From the NCBI GenBank assembly GCA_017483945.1, contig JAFUUE010000028.1, positions 8,365 to 72,364 of the forward strand: DNA of 64,000 nucleotides, written 5' to 3'. Made by a program: the position numbers and the translations under genes. Within the stretch, counting starts at the first letter, position 1, and every line of letters begins with the position of its first letter. The stretch comes from Paludibacteraceae bacterium. GTDB lineage: Bacteria; Bacteroidota; Bacteroidia; Bacteroidales; Paludibacteraceae. The notes beneath the pieces were generated by a model, which saw only the letters and a program-made list of their open reading frames with translations, was not told the DNA's origin and searched no databases. This document shows positions 55,295 to 63,641 of the stretch, piece by piece.

Positions 55295-55539
55295 AGTTAA
55301 AACCCTGAATTTGTGTCGGGCGCAACTTTTAATCGTTAATAAATTATGTTGATTTTGCTTATAATTGGTTTGGCTATTCATATAGATAATGCAGGGGCGG
55401 AAACGACTGCTTTGCTGTAATTCATCTTTCGAAAGACGAAAAACAATACCAAAATCGTCTTTTTAAGGACGAAAATCTGCATGATCCAAATCTTTTTTGT
55501 ATTTTGCAGCAAACTTTCTGGATAGCAATATGCATACAA

Positions 55540-55745
55540 AATTAAAAGCGTGAAGTCCGTCTGTTCTTCACGCTCAATGAGGGCTTCGCAATCCCTGTAC
55601 ACAGTAGAAAAACAACCGAAGTCCACGCTCGATATGTACAACCCGCCCGCCCAACAAGCGAGCGTGGATAGAATATACATACCCACGGGACATTCATTGT
55701 TATTGTCACGACTGTGTACGAATGTTGCGAAGATTCCATTGAGTC
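55540..55745 (-). ncRNA. candidate structured RNA (6S-like architecture or nagB 3'UTR element) with intrinsic terminator
   Basis: Nested helices of 7+8+9 bp (55573-55604 with 55711-55743) enclose a 10-bp stem (55622-55631 with 55659-55668). A minus-strand terminator hairpin GCGTGAAG-N10-CTTCACGC (55573-55548) is followed by UUUUAAUUUUG. Confidence 0.4.
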
Positions 55746-55845
55746 GCGAGCAACGTCAATAAACGCCTTTATATGTCACCGCTTTTTTTACGCTGTCGGT
55801 GCCAGTGCTCCTGTTTAACGTCTGGGAGTGACGTGCCTTTTCCTC

Positions 55846-56658
55846 TTACTTAAGTAGTGTGTCCGGGTCGAGGTTGTTGCGCTCGATGTCGCGGAAGTAG
55901 CGGTAGGTGCCGACCTTGAGTTCGTCGCAGGCGGCGTCGTCGCAGACGATGATGCCGTGCTGGTGCATCTGCAGCGCGGAGATGGTCCACATGTGGCTAA
56001 TGGGTTCTTCGATAGCATGTTGCAGCGCGCGTGCCTTGTTGTGGCCATTGACCATGATGAGCACTTCCTGTGCGTCCATGACGGTGCCGACGCCCACGGT
56101 GAGTGCGGTCTTGGGGACCTTGTTCACATCGTTGTCGAAGAAGCGGCTGTTGGCGATGATGGTGTCTGTCGTCAGCTCTTTCTTGCGTGTGCGGCTGGTC
56201 AGCGATGACCCGGGCTCGTTGAAGGCGATATGTCCGTCGGGGCCGATGCCGCCGAGGAAGAGGTGGATACCGCCGAACTGCTTGATCTTGGCCTCATAGC
56301 GGGCACACTCGGCCGCCAGGTCGGGGGCATTGCCGTTCAGGATATTGACGTTCTCCTTGCGGATGTCGATGTGGCTGAAGAAGTTGTTCCACATGAAGCT
56401 ATGGTAGCTCTCGGGGTGTTCCTCGGGAATGCCTACATACTCGTCCATGTTGAATGTCACTACGTTACGGAAGCTGACCTTGCCGGCCTTGTAGAGTTCG
56501 ATAAGGGCTTTATACATACCCAGCGGCGACGAGCCGGTCGGCAGACCCAGCACGAAGGGGTTGCTCTCTTTGGGTGCAAAAGCGTTAATCTTGCTTGCTA
56601 CATAGTTGGCTGCCCACTGACTGAGCAGGTCATAAGTCGGTTGAATGATAACTCTCAT
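55846..56658 (-). CDS. nagB: glucosamine-6-phosphate deaminase
   Basis: 270 aa. [19 protein letters not shown]...TFNMDEYVG...[17 protein letters not shown]. Confidence 0.92.
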   Translation of the reverse strand: MRVIIQPTYDLLSQWAANYVASKINAFAPKESNPFVLGLPTGSSPLGMYKALIELYKAGKVSFRNVVTFNMDEYVGIPEEHPESYHSFMWNNFFSHIDIRKENVNILNGNAPDLAAECARYEAKIKQFGGIHLFLGGIGPDGHIAFNEPGSSLTSRTRKKELTTDTIIANSRFFDNDVNKVPKTALTVGVGTVMDAQEVLIMVNGHNKARALQHAIEEPISHMWTISALQMHQHGIIVCDDAACDELKVGTYRYFRDIERNNLDPDTLLK

Positions 56659-56663
56659 AAATA

Positions 56664-56777
56664 TGTTGTTTGAAATGGTTTAAGATTGTTCAAAATTGTT
56701 CAAAATTGTTTAAGATTGTTTGAGATTGTTTAAGATGGTTCAAAATGGTTTAAGATTGTTTGAAATGGTTCAAAATC
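56664..56777 (-). repeat. about 11 tandem 10-bp units (sense AAACAAT[C/T]T[T/C] / GAACAATTTT) forming the leader of nagB
   Basis: Direct reading. The sense strand ends CTTAAACCATTTCAAACAACATATTT then ATG (56658). Confidence 0.95.
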
Positions 56778-56788
56778 GCTGCATAACA

Positions 56789-57193
56789 TTATTCTGCGAC
56801 AGGAGATTTGTATTTATTGCCTTTAAGGTCCGTACTCTTGAGAGCATGTATGAAATTGTTTAGTTTAACGCTTATATTCTTTGCCTTATACACTAATGTG
56901 TCAAATTCTTCTTTGGAAATATAACCCACATCAGAGGCTCGAAACAATTGGCTTATGACTTCTGTAGTTGAGCCACGAGCGATATACAAGAATTGGATAT
57001 ATTCTTTATTCCCTTCTCTGCCATATCCTTCTGCAATATTATCCATAATTGAGCCGGCAGCAGCTTTGATTTGAGAAGCGAACCGATAGTCTTGTGTAAA
57101 TTGTGGATGCCGTGTGATAGTATAAATATCTTTCGCTAAATCTCGTGCCAACTGCCATACTTGTATATCTTCCAACTGTTGGATAGTCGCCAT
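56789..57193 (-). CDS. four-helix-bundle protein (23S rRNA intervening-sequence protein / Avd-like family)
   Basis: ATG at 57193 gives MATIQQLEDIQVWQLARDLAKDIY...QIKAAAGSIMDNIAEGYGR...FLYIARGSTTEV. G+C is clearly lower than in the flanking genes. Confidence 0.8.
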   Translation of the reverse strand: MATIQQLEDIQVWQLARDLAKDIYTITRHPQFTQDYRFASQIKAAAGSIMDNIAEGYGREGNKEYIQFLYIARGSTTEVISQLFRASDVGYISKEEFDTLVYKAKNISVKLNNFIHALKSTDLKGNKYKSPVAE

Positions 57194-57224
57194 TTTGAAC
57201 AATTTTGAACGATTCTAAACGATT
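57194..57224 (+). repeat. 3 units of the 10-bp family (TTTTGAACAA TTTTGAACGA TTCTAAACGA) in inverted orientation relative to 56664-56777
   Basis: CGTTCAAAATTGTTCAAAAT (reverse complement) matches TGTTCAAAATTGTTCAAAAT at about 56690. Confidence 0.85.
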
Positions 57225-59273
57225 TTACTCTCTCTTCAGGACGACGGCGGAGCGGGCGGGGAGGTAGAGGCGGAGCCAGCCTTTGACCTTGCCGGATGCG
57301 GGGTCGGGGTCGGCATAGAGGGGGTCGTGCTCGGTGAAGTGCTCCACGCTGTCGTCGCTCAGTCCAAAGCCGGCGAACTCGCGCGCGTCTGTATTGAGGA
57401 CTACGCGGTACTTGCCCTCGGGGGCGAGAATGCCGTAGTCAGAGAATGATTTTTGACCGTTCCAGTTGAAGACGAACACCAAGTCTCCGCGGCTGTAGGC
57501 CACGACTTGGTCTCCCTCGTTGTCCCAGAGCTTGTATATCCAGGGTAGGTGTCCGCCGATGCGGTCGTGTACCTGGTGTATCTCCTGTCGCAGCAGGTGG
57601 ACCATCGCCTCGTCAAAGCGGTTGAGGTCGGCGAAGTAGAAGTTCGGGTTATCGACCAGCGACCACTGGCGGCGGGCGTATTTATAGCTCCAGCCGTTGC
57701 CCTCGCGCGGGAAATCAATCCACTCCGGATGTCCGAACTCATTGCCCATGAAGGTCAGGTATCCGCCGTTGATGGTGGAGGCTGTGATGAGTCGTATCAT
57801 CTTATGCAGCGCGATGCCTCGGTCCACCATGTAGGTGCTGTGTCCGTGCTCGAAGTGCCAATACATGTCGGCGTCTATGAGTCTGAAGATGATGGTCTTG
57901 TCGCCGACGAGTGCTTGGTCGTGACTCTCGGCGTAGCTGATGGTCCGCTCGTCTTGGCGGCGGTTAGTCATCTCGTAGTAGATATGTCCGGCTTTCCAGT
58001 CCTCGTCCTTGACCTCCTTGATGTACTTAATCCAGAAGTCGGGAATGCCCATGGCGAGTCGGTAGTCGAAGCCCATGCCGCCGTCGGCTATGGGGCAGGC
58101 GAGGCCGGGCATGCCTGACATCTCCTCGGCGATGGTGATAGCATGGTTCTTGACCTGATGTATCAGTTTGTTAGCCAGCGTGAGGTAGCATATGGCATCC
58201 CCGTCGGCGTTGGGACTGTAGTAGGAGTCGTAGCCGTTGAAGTCCTCGCCCAAGCCGTGACTGCGGTATATCATACTGGTCACGCCGTCAAAGCGGAAGC
58301 CGTCGAAGTCGTACACATCGAGCCAGAACTTACAGTTACTCAATAGGAAATGCAGTACCTCGGGTTTCTCGTAGTTGAAGCAGAGGCTGTCCCATGCGGG
58401 GTGTTCGCGTCGTGCGCCGTCGTGGAAATACTGGTAGGGTGTGCCGTCGAAGTTGCCCAGTCCCTCGCGTTCGTTCTTGACCGCATGCGAGTGGACCAGG
58501 TCCATGATTACGGCCATTCCTCGCTTGTGTGCGTCGTCGATGAGTGCACGCAGTTCCTCGGGTGTGCCGAAGCGTGAGGAGGCGGCAAAGAAGTTGGAGA
58601 CATGGTAGCCGAAGGAGCCGTAGTAGGGGTGCTCCTGTATGGCCATAATCTGCAGGCAGTTATAGCCGAGTGATGCGATGCGTGGCAGCACGTCTCGGCG
58701 GAACTCCTCGTAGGAGTTGACTTTCTCCTGTTCGGAGGACATGCCTATATGGCATTCGTAGATGAAGAGCGGTTCGCCCTGTTTAGGTCCGCGGTAGCTG
58801 CGGCGTTTGGGTGCCGCGAACGACTCGTCCCACACCTGTGCGGAGAAGATTTTGCTCTGTTCGTCCTGTACCACGCGCATGGCATAGCTCGGGATGCGTT
58901 CTCCCCAGCCGCCGTTCCACTCCACCAAGAGTTTGTACAGCTGCTCTTTGTGCAGGGCGTTGTCCGGCAGGCGGAGTTCCCATACGCCGTTCTGCAGCGG
59001 CTGCATGCGGTAGCGCTCGTCTTTCTGCCAGCCGTTGGCATCGCCTAAGAGGTAGATAGCCGTGGCATTAGGCGCCCACTCGCGCAGTACCCATCCGTCG
59101 GCGGTGCGGTGCAGGCCGAAATAGAGGTAGCCCGTTGCCCAGTCGGACAGTTTCTGTCCGCCGGTTATCTCCTGCTCCTTGCGCAGCGCATAGTCATAAC
59201 GCCCTTGTATAGCAGCCTCGAAGGGCTGTAGGTACGGGTCCGATTGAATCAGTCGGAGAGTCTTCTTTCTCAT
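57225..59273 (-). CDS. glgB: 1,4-alpha-glucan branching enzyme (GH13, eukaryote-like subfamily)
   Basis: 682 aa. DGFRFDGVTSMIY, IAEEMSGMPG and YAESHDQALVGDKT conserved regions. Confidence 0.85.
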   Translation of the reverse strand: MRKKTLRLIQSDPYLQPFEAAIQGRYDYALRKEQEITGGQKLSDWATGYLYFGLHRTADGWVLREWAPNATAIYLLGDANGWQKDERYRMQPLQNGVWELRLPDNALHKEQLYKLLVEWNGGWGERIPSYAMRVVQDEQSKIFSAQVWDESFAAPKRRSYRGPKQGEPLFIYECHIGMSSEQEKVNSYEEFRRDVLPRIASLGYNCLQIMAIQEHPYYGSFGYHVSNFFAASSRFGTPEELRALIDDAHKRGMAVIMDLVHSHAVKNEREGLGNFDGTPYQYFHDGARREHPAWDSLCFNYEKPEVLHFLLSNCKFWLDVYDFDGFRFDGVTSMIYRSHGLGEDFNGYDSYYSPNADGDAICYLTLANKLIHQVKNHAITIAEEMSGMPGLACPIADGGMGFDYRLAMGIPDFWIKYIKEVKDEDWKAGHIYYEMTNRRQDERTISYAESHDQALVGDKTIIFRLIDADMYWHFEHGHSTYMVDRGIALHKMIRLITASTINGGYLTFMGNEFGHPEWIDFPREGNGWSYKYARRQWSLVDNPNFYFADLNRFDEAMVHLLRQEIHQVHDRIGGHLPWIYKLWDNEGDQVVAYSRGDLVFVFNWNGQKSFSDYGILAPEGKYRVVLNTDAREFAGFGLSDDSVEHFTEHDPLYADPDPASGKVKGWLRLYLPARSAVVLKRE

Positions 59274-59309
59274 AGTTTGTGTGTTTTTATGGTGATATTG
59301 AGCAGGCTG

Positions 59310-59762
59310 TTACTGCACTTTCGCTTTCACGATAATCTTCCGGTACTCTTTTCCCGGGGCGATACCCGGCTGGTGTGCGTCGCCGGGGAAGAAGACGGCG
59401 AAATGGCCGGCGGGGACCACGAACTTGGCCGAGGCTTTGTCGCCGTAGAACTCCACGTCCTTACCCTCGTCGTATTCCTGGGTCACGTCCTGGCAGTCCA
59501 CTTGTGCTTTCCATCCCATGGTCTCATCCTCGGTGAGGGGAATCTGGATGTCGAGGTAGTCCTTGTGCGCCTCCATGCGGCAGTTGGCTTCTTCCTTGCC
59601 CTTGAAGTTATTGATATTGACAATGAGGTCGTTGCCGTCCAGTTTGATTTTGCAGGCGGGCATAGTCTCCAGGTCGTTGTCGTTAAAGAACTGCATGAAT
59701 TTCTCGAAGCCGGGTACACAGTCAAAGTACAGGTCGGCGTTCTCAAGTTTATCAAGTATCAT
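59310..59762 (-). CDS. YhcH/YjgK/YiaL (DUF386) family protein
   Basis: 150 aa. EAHKDYLDIQIPL...FAVFFPGDAHQPG cupin-like pattern. Confidence 0.75.
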   Translation of the reverse strand: MILDKLENADLYFDCVPGFEKFMQFFNDNDLETMPACKIKLDGNDLIVNINNFKGKEEANCRMEAHKDYLDIQIPLTEDETMGWKAQVDCQDVTQEYDEGKDVEFYGDKASAKFVVPAGHFAVFFPGDAHQPGIAPGKEYRKIIVKAKVQ

Positions 59763-59834
59763 ATAGAGTAAAATTGGTTAATAGTCGTGGTGTCGGTCCA
59801 TTACGCGTATGATAAGGTAATGTCGTAATCGCTG

Positions 59835-59866
59835 CAAAGTTAGTGTATTTTTTTGACATGTGCAAA
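59835..59866 (-). promoter_or_regulatory. promoter of DUF386-glgB unit
   Basis: Minus strand: TTTG (59866-59863), N20, TAACTTTG (59842-59835). Confidence 0.6.
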
Positions 59867-59950
59867 TGTTTTCGCAAAAATCCTGAGAGTATCGGTGGAG
59901 AGGGGCGGGGTGGCGGGGGAGTTAGTGCCGTCGTCGGGTAGGGAGACGAT

Positions 59951-60052
59951 AGGCGAATCACGCGTTAATCACGCGTTAATCACGCGACAATCACGCGAGA
60001 ACGGTACGGGTTTGGGGCGGCTCGGGGAGCCGTGTCGGACAGCATCCGACCC
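59951..60052. repeat. AGGCG-(AATCACGCGNNA)x4 + anchor GAACGGTACGGGTTTGGGG + CGGCTCGGGGAGCCG hairpin + variable hairpin (family copy 3)
   Basis: Direct reading. It is the reverse complement of the architecture seen at 25861-25896 plus 26266-26333. Confidence 0.9.
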
Positions 60053-60101
60053 AACAGACGAAAGAAGGGGAGGAAAAAAGTGCGCAAAAATAGCCCGGGG
60101 A

Positions 60102-60133
60102 CTTGCGTATGTCCGAAAAAAAGTGTACCTTTG
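60102..60133 (+). promoter_or_regulatory. promoter of the S1-like protease gene
   Basis: CTTG (60102-60105), N20, TACCTTTG (60126-60133). Confidence 0.6.
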
Positions 60134-60135
60134 CA

Positions 60136-60224
60136 ACCGTTAAGGTTTGATTTATGCGACCGCTAAGGCCTGATTTATCGACCGTTAAGGTTTGATTTAT
60201 GCGACCGCTAAGGTCAAACTTAGG
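60136..60224 (+). repeat. about 3.9 tandem 22-23 bp units (ACCG[T/C]TAAGG[TT/CC]TGATTTAT[G]CG) making up the protease 5' leader
   Basis: Units at 60136-60158, 60159-60180, 60181-60203 and 60204-60224 (the last diverges to GGTCAAACTTAGG). Confidence 0.9.
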
Positions 60225-60251
60225 AATCATTAAACTCCAAACAAAGAACGC

Positions 60252-61811
60252 ATGATTATGAAAAAACGTTATTGCTTTCCCCTCCTGTGGATGGTTTTCG
60301 GACTGTTTCTTTCTCTTCCCTCGGTCATGGCGCAGACGAACCTGCGTCATAGCGTAGCTATTGTCTATGAGCAACCCGACTCGGTTTGCTCCGCCCGGCT
60401 CAAGGACTACAGCCTGTGGCTCTCTCGCCAGGGCAAGCGTGATGCGAGTCGCTACCTGACGGCTCTCACCCGCAAGGGCTTCGGCTCCGGCGTGGTGGTG
60501 GAGCATGAGGGGGAGCGGTTGCTGCTCACCAACAGCCACGTAGTCGGCACGGGTCGCTACGCGGATGTGGCTTTTATTCAGGGACATGACACCCTGCTGC
60601 TGCGGCATTGCCCGTGTATCATGCAGGACCACCGTGTGGACCTCGCCGTGCTGCGTCTCCCGACCGATTCCGTCGTGTCGCTTACGCCGTTGTCGCTCGT
60701 GCCGTTGTCGTTCAGCGACGAGGCTGTTGACGACGGTATCACCGTCTGGTCGGCAGGTTTCCCCGGACTGGCGGGCTATCCCTCCTGGCAGATAGGGCAG
60801 GGCATCGTCTCCAATGCGGACCTCTCTTTTCCGGACTGGGACAAGCGCTTCGTCCAGCATACGGCGCAGATAGACCCGGGCAGCAGCGGCGGTCCGTTGC
60901 TGTTGCGCACCGGAGAGGGCTATGAGATCATCGGTATCAACACGAGCAAGGCGTATGCCCGCGAAGGTGTGGGGATGGCAATCCCCGTGGCGGACTGCCG
61001 CGCGGCTCTCCGTGCGCCCCAGGGCAGCAGTATGCGTGCGCTCCTGCAGGCCATTGATACGATGGATGTGACTGACTATGCTGCCTTATATATGCGTATG
61101 CCTGAGCATATTATCCAGCAGCAGGACAGCCTGTTCGAACGCGGGGAGTACCTCGAAGCACTCGTGCTCGTACCTAACTACGCCGACACCTCGCGACTGT
61201 CGAAACGTCCGATTCGCCGCGGGGCAAAAGCGCCACAGCGTGTGTTGCCCAAGAGTACCGGCACGAGTCCGGCCAAAACGACAAGACGTGCGCAGGGCGA
61301 ATATGGCATTGATTACGACATGGGCTCGATGATGAAATTCTCAGGAGAAGCCACCTTATGGGGCCCGATGCCCGAGTTGTGGCAGGCGGGATTTGAGTAT
61401 GGCGTCATGTTTGCTACCTTTGTGCGAATGAGCGTGCACGCGGATGTGGTAGGGTTGAGCAAGTCTTGGATTTATTCCGATGATACAGAAGGCAAGTCCT
61501 ACGGGCCTTGCATACGCTATAGCGTGGGCGGGCAAGTGCCTGTCAAACTCGGCCCTGTCACACTGATTCCCTATCTCACCCCCGTCGTCGGGCTCAGTCT
61601 CTCCTTCTCAGGCGTCTCTCCTGCAGTGGCTTTCGGCGGACGTGTGGGTACGGACTTGGGAATACCGACAGGGGATCACATGTTCCTCCTCGGTCTGGAC
61701 TATGATTTGATAGGATACCACGTATTCAACTTCTTCGGCGGCGGTTCATCCTCTCCTTCGCCCCTTCCGATAGGGCACGGACTCGGATTCCACATCGGCT
61801 ATGCATTTTGA
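60252..61811 (+). CDS. trypsin-like (S1/S1C-type) serine peptidase fused to a C-terminal beta-barrel-like domain
   Basis: 519 aa with a signal peptide. LLTNSHVV (His), HRVDLAVLRL (Asp), DPGSSGGPLL (Ser). The last ~190 aa show an alternating beta pattern ending GLGFHIGYAF. Confidence 0.7.
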   Translation: MIMKKRYCFPLLWMVFGLFLSLPSVMAQTNLRHSVAIVYEQPDSVCSARLKDYSLWLSRQGKRDASRYLTALTRKGFGSGVVVEHEGERLLLTNSHVVGTGRYADVAFIQGHDTLLLRHCPCIMQDHRVDLAVLRLPTDSVVSLTPLSLVPLSFSDEAVDDGITVWSAGFPGLAGYPSWQIGQGIVSNADLSFPDWDKRFVQHTAQIDPGSSGGPLLLRTGEGYEIIGINTSKAYAREGVGMAIPVADCRAALRAPQGSSMRALLQAIDTMDVTDYAALYMRMPEHIIQQQDSLFERGEYLEALVLVPNYADTSRLSKRPIRRGAKAPQRVLPKSTGTSPAKTTRRAQGEYGIDYDMGSMMKFSGEATLWGPMPELWQAGFEYGVMFATFVRMSVHADVVGLSKSWIYSDDTEGKSYGPCIRYSVGGQVPVKLGPVTLIPYLTPVVGLSLSFSGVSPAVAFGGRVGTDLGIPTGDHMFLLGLDYDLIGYHVFNFFGGGSSSPSPLPIGHGLGFHIGYAF

Positions 61812-61841
61812 TAACTTGTTAAACACTAATCTCATACGATT

Positions 61842-62453
61842 ATGAAGCGAACAATTGTTTTGGCCTTGTGCGGCATGCTGCTCTCCCTCGGGGCGGCGGC
61901 ACAAACATTCTTAAACGGTATTCAGGTGAGCCACGCCAAGGCCGAGGGTGTTGTCCATCTGATTACAGGAGAGAGCCTGCATTTTGATAAAATCAACATC
62001 CCGGGTGCGTCGGATGCGAACGTCAAGGCCAAGACTGCCCAGCGGCGTGATACTACCATCAAGGCGAAAGATATTCGCGCCCTCGAACTGTGGAACCCTA
62101 AGCAGCCCGATTCGCACTGGCTCTTCTGCTATCTGCCGTGCAAGTTTCCCATGGCGCCCAATGTATGGGGAGTGGCTGTCGCTGTGGGAGATATCCTATC
62201 AACCTACAAGGTCGCTACCACCTATAATATCAACGATGACGGAGATTTGGTGTATGTCCTCCGACAGGGCGGATTCCCGAACGTGGTCTTCTATGACGCG
62301 CAACAGGATGACTACCTGATATGGGAGTTGAAGAACAAGAAGAAACGTGCTCAGTTCTTTGAGAAAGACCCCGATATGGCAGCCAAGGTGCTGGCAGGAG
62401 AACTATACAGCAGTGACTATCAGTACATCGTGGAGAACTATAACCCGCAGTAA
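61842..62453 (+). CDS. secreted hypothetical protein
   Basis: 203 aa with signal peptide MKRTIVLALCGMLLSLGAAAQ. No motif recognised. Confidence 0.55.
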   Translation: MKRTIVLALCGMLLSLGAAAQTFLNGIQVSHAKAEGVVHLITGESLHFDKINIPGASDANVKAKTAQRRDTTIKAKDIRALELWNPKQPDSHWLFCYLPCKFPMAPNVWGVAVAVGDILSTYKVATTYNINDDGDLVYVLRQGGFPNVVFYDAQQDDYLIWELKNKKKRAQFFEKDPDMAAKVLAGELYSSDYQYIVENYNPQ

Positions 62454-62612
62454 AGACCAACCGTCAACGAGGCGCGCAAGATGTACAAGATGGCCGCCTC
62501 TGAACTGCCCGCTGCCGCAGAGGCCTACCGACGGCTGTCGGCGGAGTGATACGCGTACCAGCTTTACTGACAGGTATTTACCAGGGGAATGTGCAAAAAA
62601 TAGCACGTATTA

Positions 62613-62644
62613 TTTGCATATGTCGCAAAAAAATACTACCTTTG
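62613..62644 (+). promoter_or_regulatory. promoter of tRNA-Arg
   Basis: TTTG (62613-62616), N20, TACCTTTG (62637-62644). Confidence 0.6.
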
Positions 62645-62685
62645 CACTCGCTTTCCTTCCGAAAGCCCGTTCGCATTCGTTGCGA

Positions 62686-62759
62686 GGCTCCGTAGCTTAG
62701 CTGTATAGAGCGTCAGATTCCGGTTCTGAAGGTCCTGGGTTAGAATCCCAGCGGGGTCA
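62686..62759 (+). tRNA. tRNA-Arg (anticodon CCG)
   Basis: Acceptor GGCTCCG/CGGGGTC (two G-U pairs), anticodon stem TCAGA/TCTGA with loop TTCCGGT, T-arm CTGGGTTAGAATCCCAG. Confidence 0.85.
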
Positions 62760-62786
62760 CAAGAATAAAGTGAGGACAAATAAAGA

Positions 62787-62816
62787 TTGAGGCAGCGCAG
62801 GCTGCCTCAATTCGTT
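62787..62816 (+). terminator. terminator after tRNA-Arg
   Basis: TTGAGGCAGC-gcag-GCTGCCTCAA followed by TTCGTT. Confidence 0.55.
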
Positions 62817-62827
62817 AGGATAAGCAT

Positions 62828-63529
62828 ATGAATCTGAGTGTTATAGCGCGTGCCAGGAACGGCTTCAGCAGTAAGTTCGGCGTTCCCCGCCAGGTGTCTT
62901 CGTCGTCTTCGCTGGAGACGCGTATAGTCTTCGAGCCCGCCTTCCGTGTCCGCGAGGCGTTGCGTGGGATAGAGGAGTGCTCGCACCTGTGGCTCATCTG
63001 GGGCTTTGACCAAGTGCCTCAGCCGGCCGAGGAGGGGTTCGGTGCCCAAGGCTGGTCGCCGACGGTGCGTCCTCCGCGGCTCGGCGGCAACAAGCGCGTG
63101 GGCGTCTTTGCCACGCGCAGTCCTTATCGCCCTAACCGCCTGGGACTGACCAGCGTGCGTCTGCTGCGTGTCGAGGAGACCGCCCGCGAGGGACTCGTGC
63201 TGGTCGTCAGCGGCGCCGACATGCAGGACGGTACGCCCGTGTTCGACATCAAGCCCTACCTGCGCTATGCCGACAGCCACCCCGCCGCCAACGACGGTAT
63301 CATGACCCACCGGCCACCCCATGCCCTCCGCGTGGAGTGGGGGACAGACGCGCGCCCGGCGGACGACTCGCTACGCGAGGCACTCACCGAAATCATCGCC
63401 CAAGACCCGCGCCCCGCCTACCAGAACTCTCCCTCGCGGCGCTATCACTTTGACTATGACGGCTATGCCGTGACCTTCGAGGTCGGCGACGGCACCGCCA
63501 CGGTGGTGGGTGTGGACAAAAAAGTGTGA
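62828..63529 (+). CDS. trmO: tRNA (N6-threonylcarbamoyladenosine(37)-N6)-methyltransferase TrmO (YaeB/TsaA family)
   Basis: 233 aa. FGVPRQ, HLWLIWGF, VGVFATRSPYRPNRLGLTSVRL and GTPVFDIKPY motifs. Confidence 0.85.
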   Translation: MNLSVIARARNGFSSKFGVPRQVSSSSSLETRIVFEPAFRVREALRGIEECSHLWLIWGFDQVPQPAEEGFGAQGWSPTVRPPRLGGNKRVGVFATRSPYRPNRLGLTSVRLLRVEETAREGLVLVVSGADMQDGTPVFDIKPYLRYADSHPAANDGIMTHRPPHALRVEWGTDARPADDSLREALTEIIAQDPRPAYQNSPSRRYHFDYDGYAVTFEVGDGTATVVGVDKKV

Positions 63530-63546
63530 AAAAAATGCGCCTCGCA

Positions 63547-63578
63547 CTTGCACACACGCGAGATTTTTTGTACCTTTG
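63547..63578 (+). promoter_or_regulatory. promoter of the terminal partial gene
   Basis: CTTG (63547-63550), N20, TACCTTTG (63571-63578). Confidence 0.55.
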
Positions 63579-63641
63579 CAGGCGATTATGGGCATCGTGT
63601 GCCCACCCGAAAACGTAAATAACTAATAATCTAATACTACG

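Noticed and set aside
56789-57193. Avd-like four-helix-bundle gene as part of a diversity-generating retroelement
   Set aside because: There is no reverse transcriptase gene and no template/variable repeat pair within the window, so it is a solitary copy.
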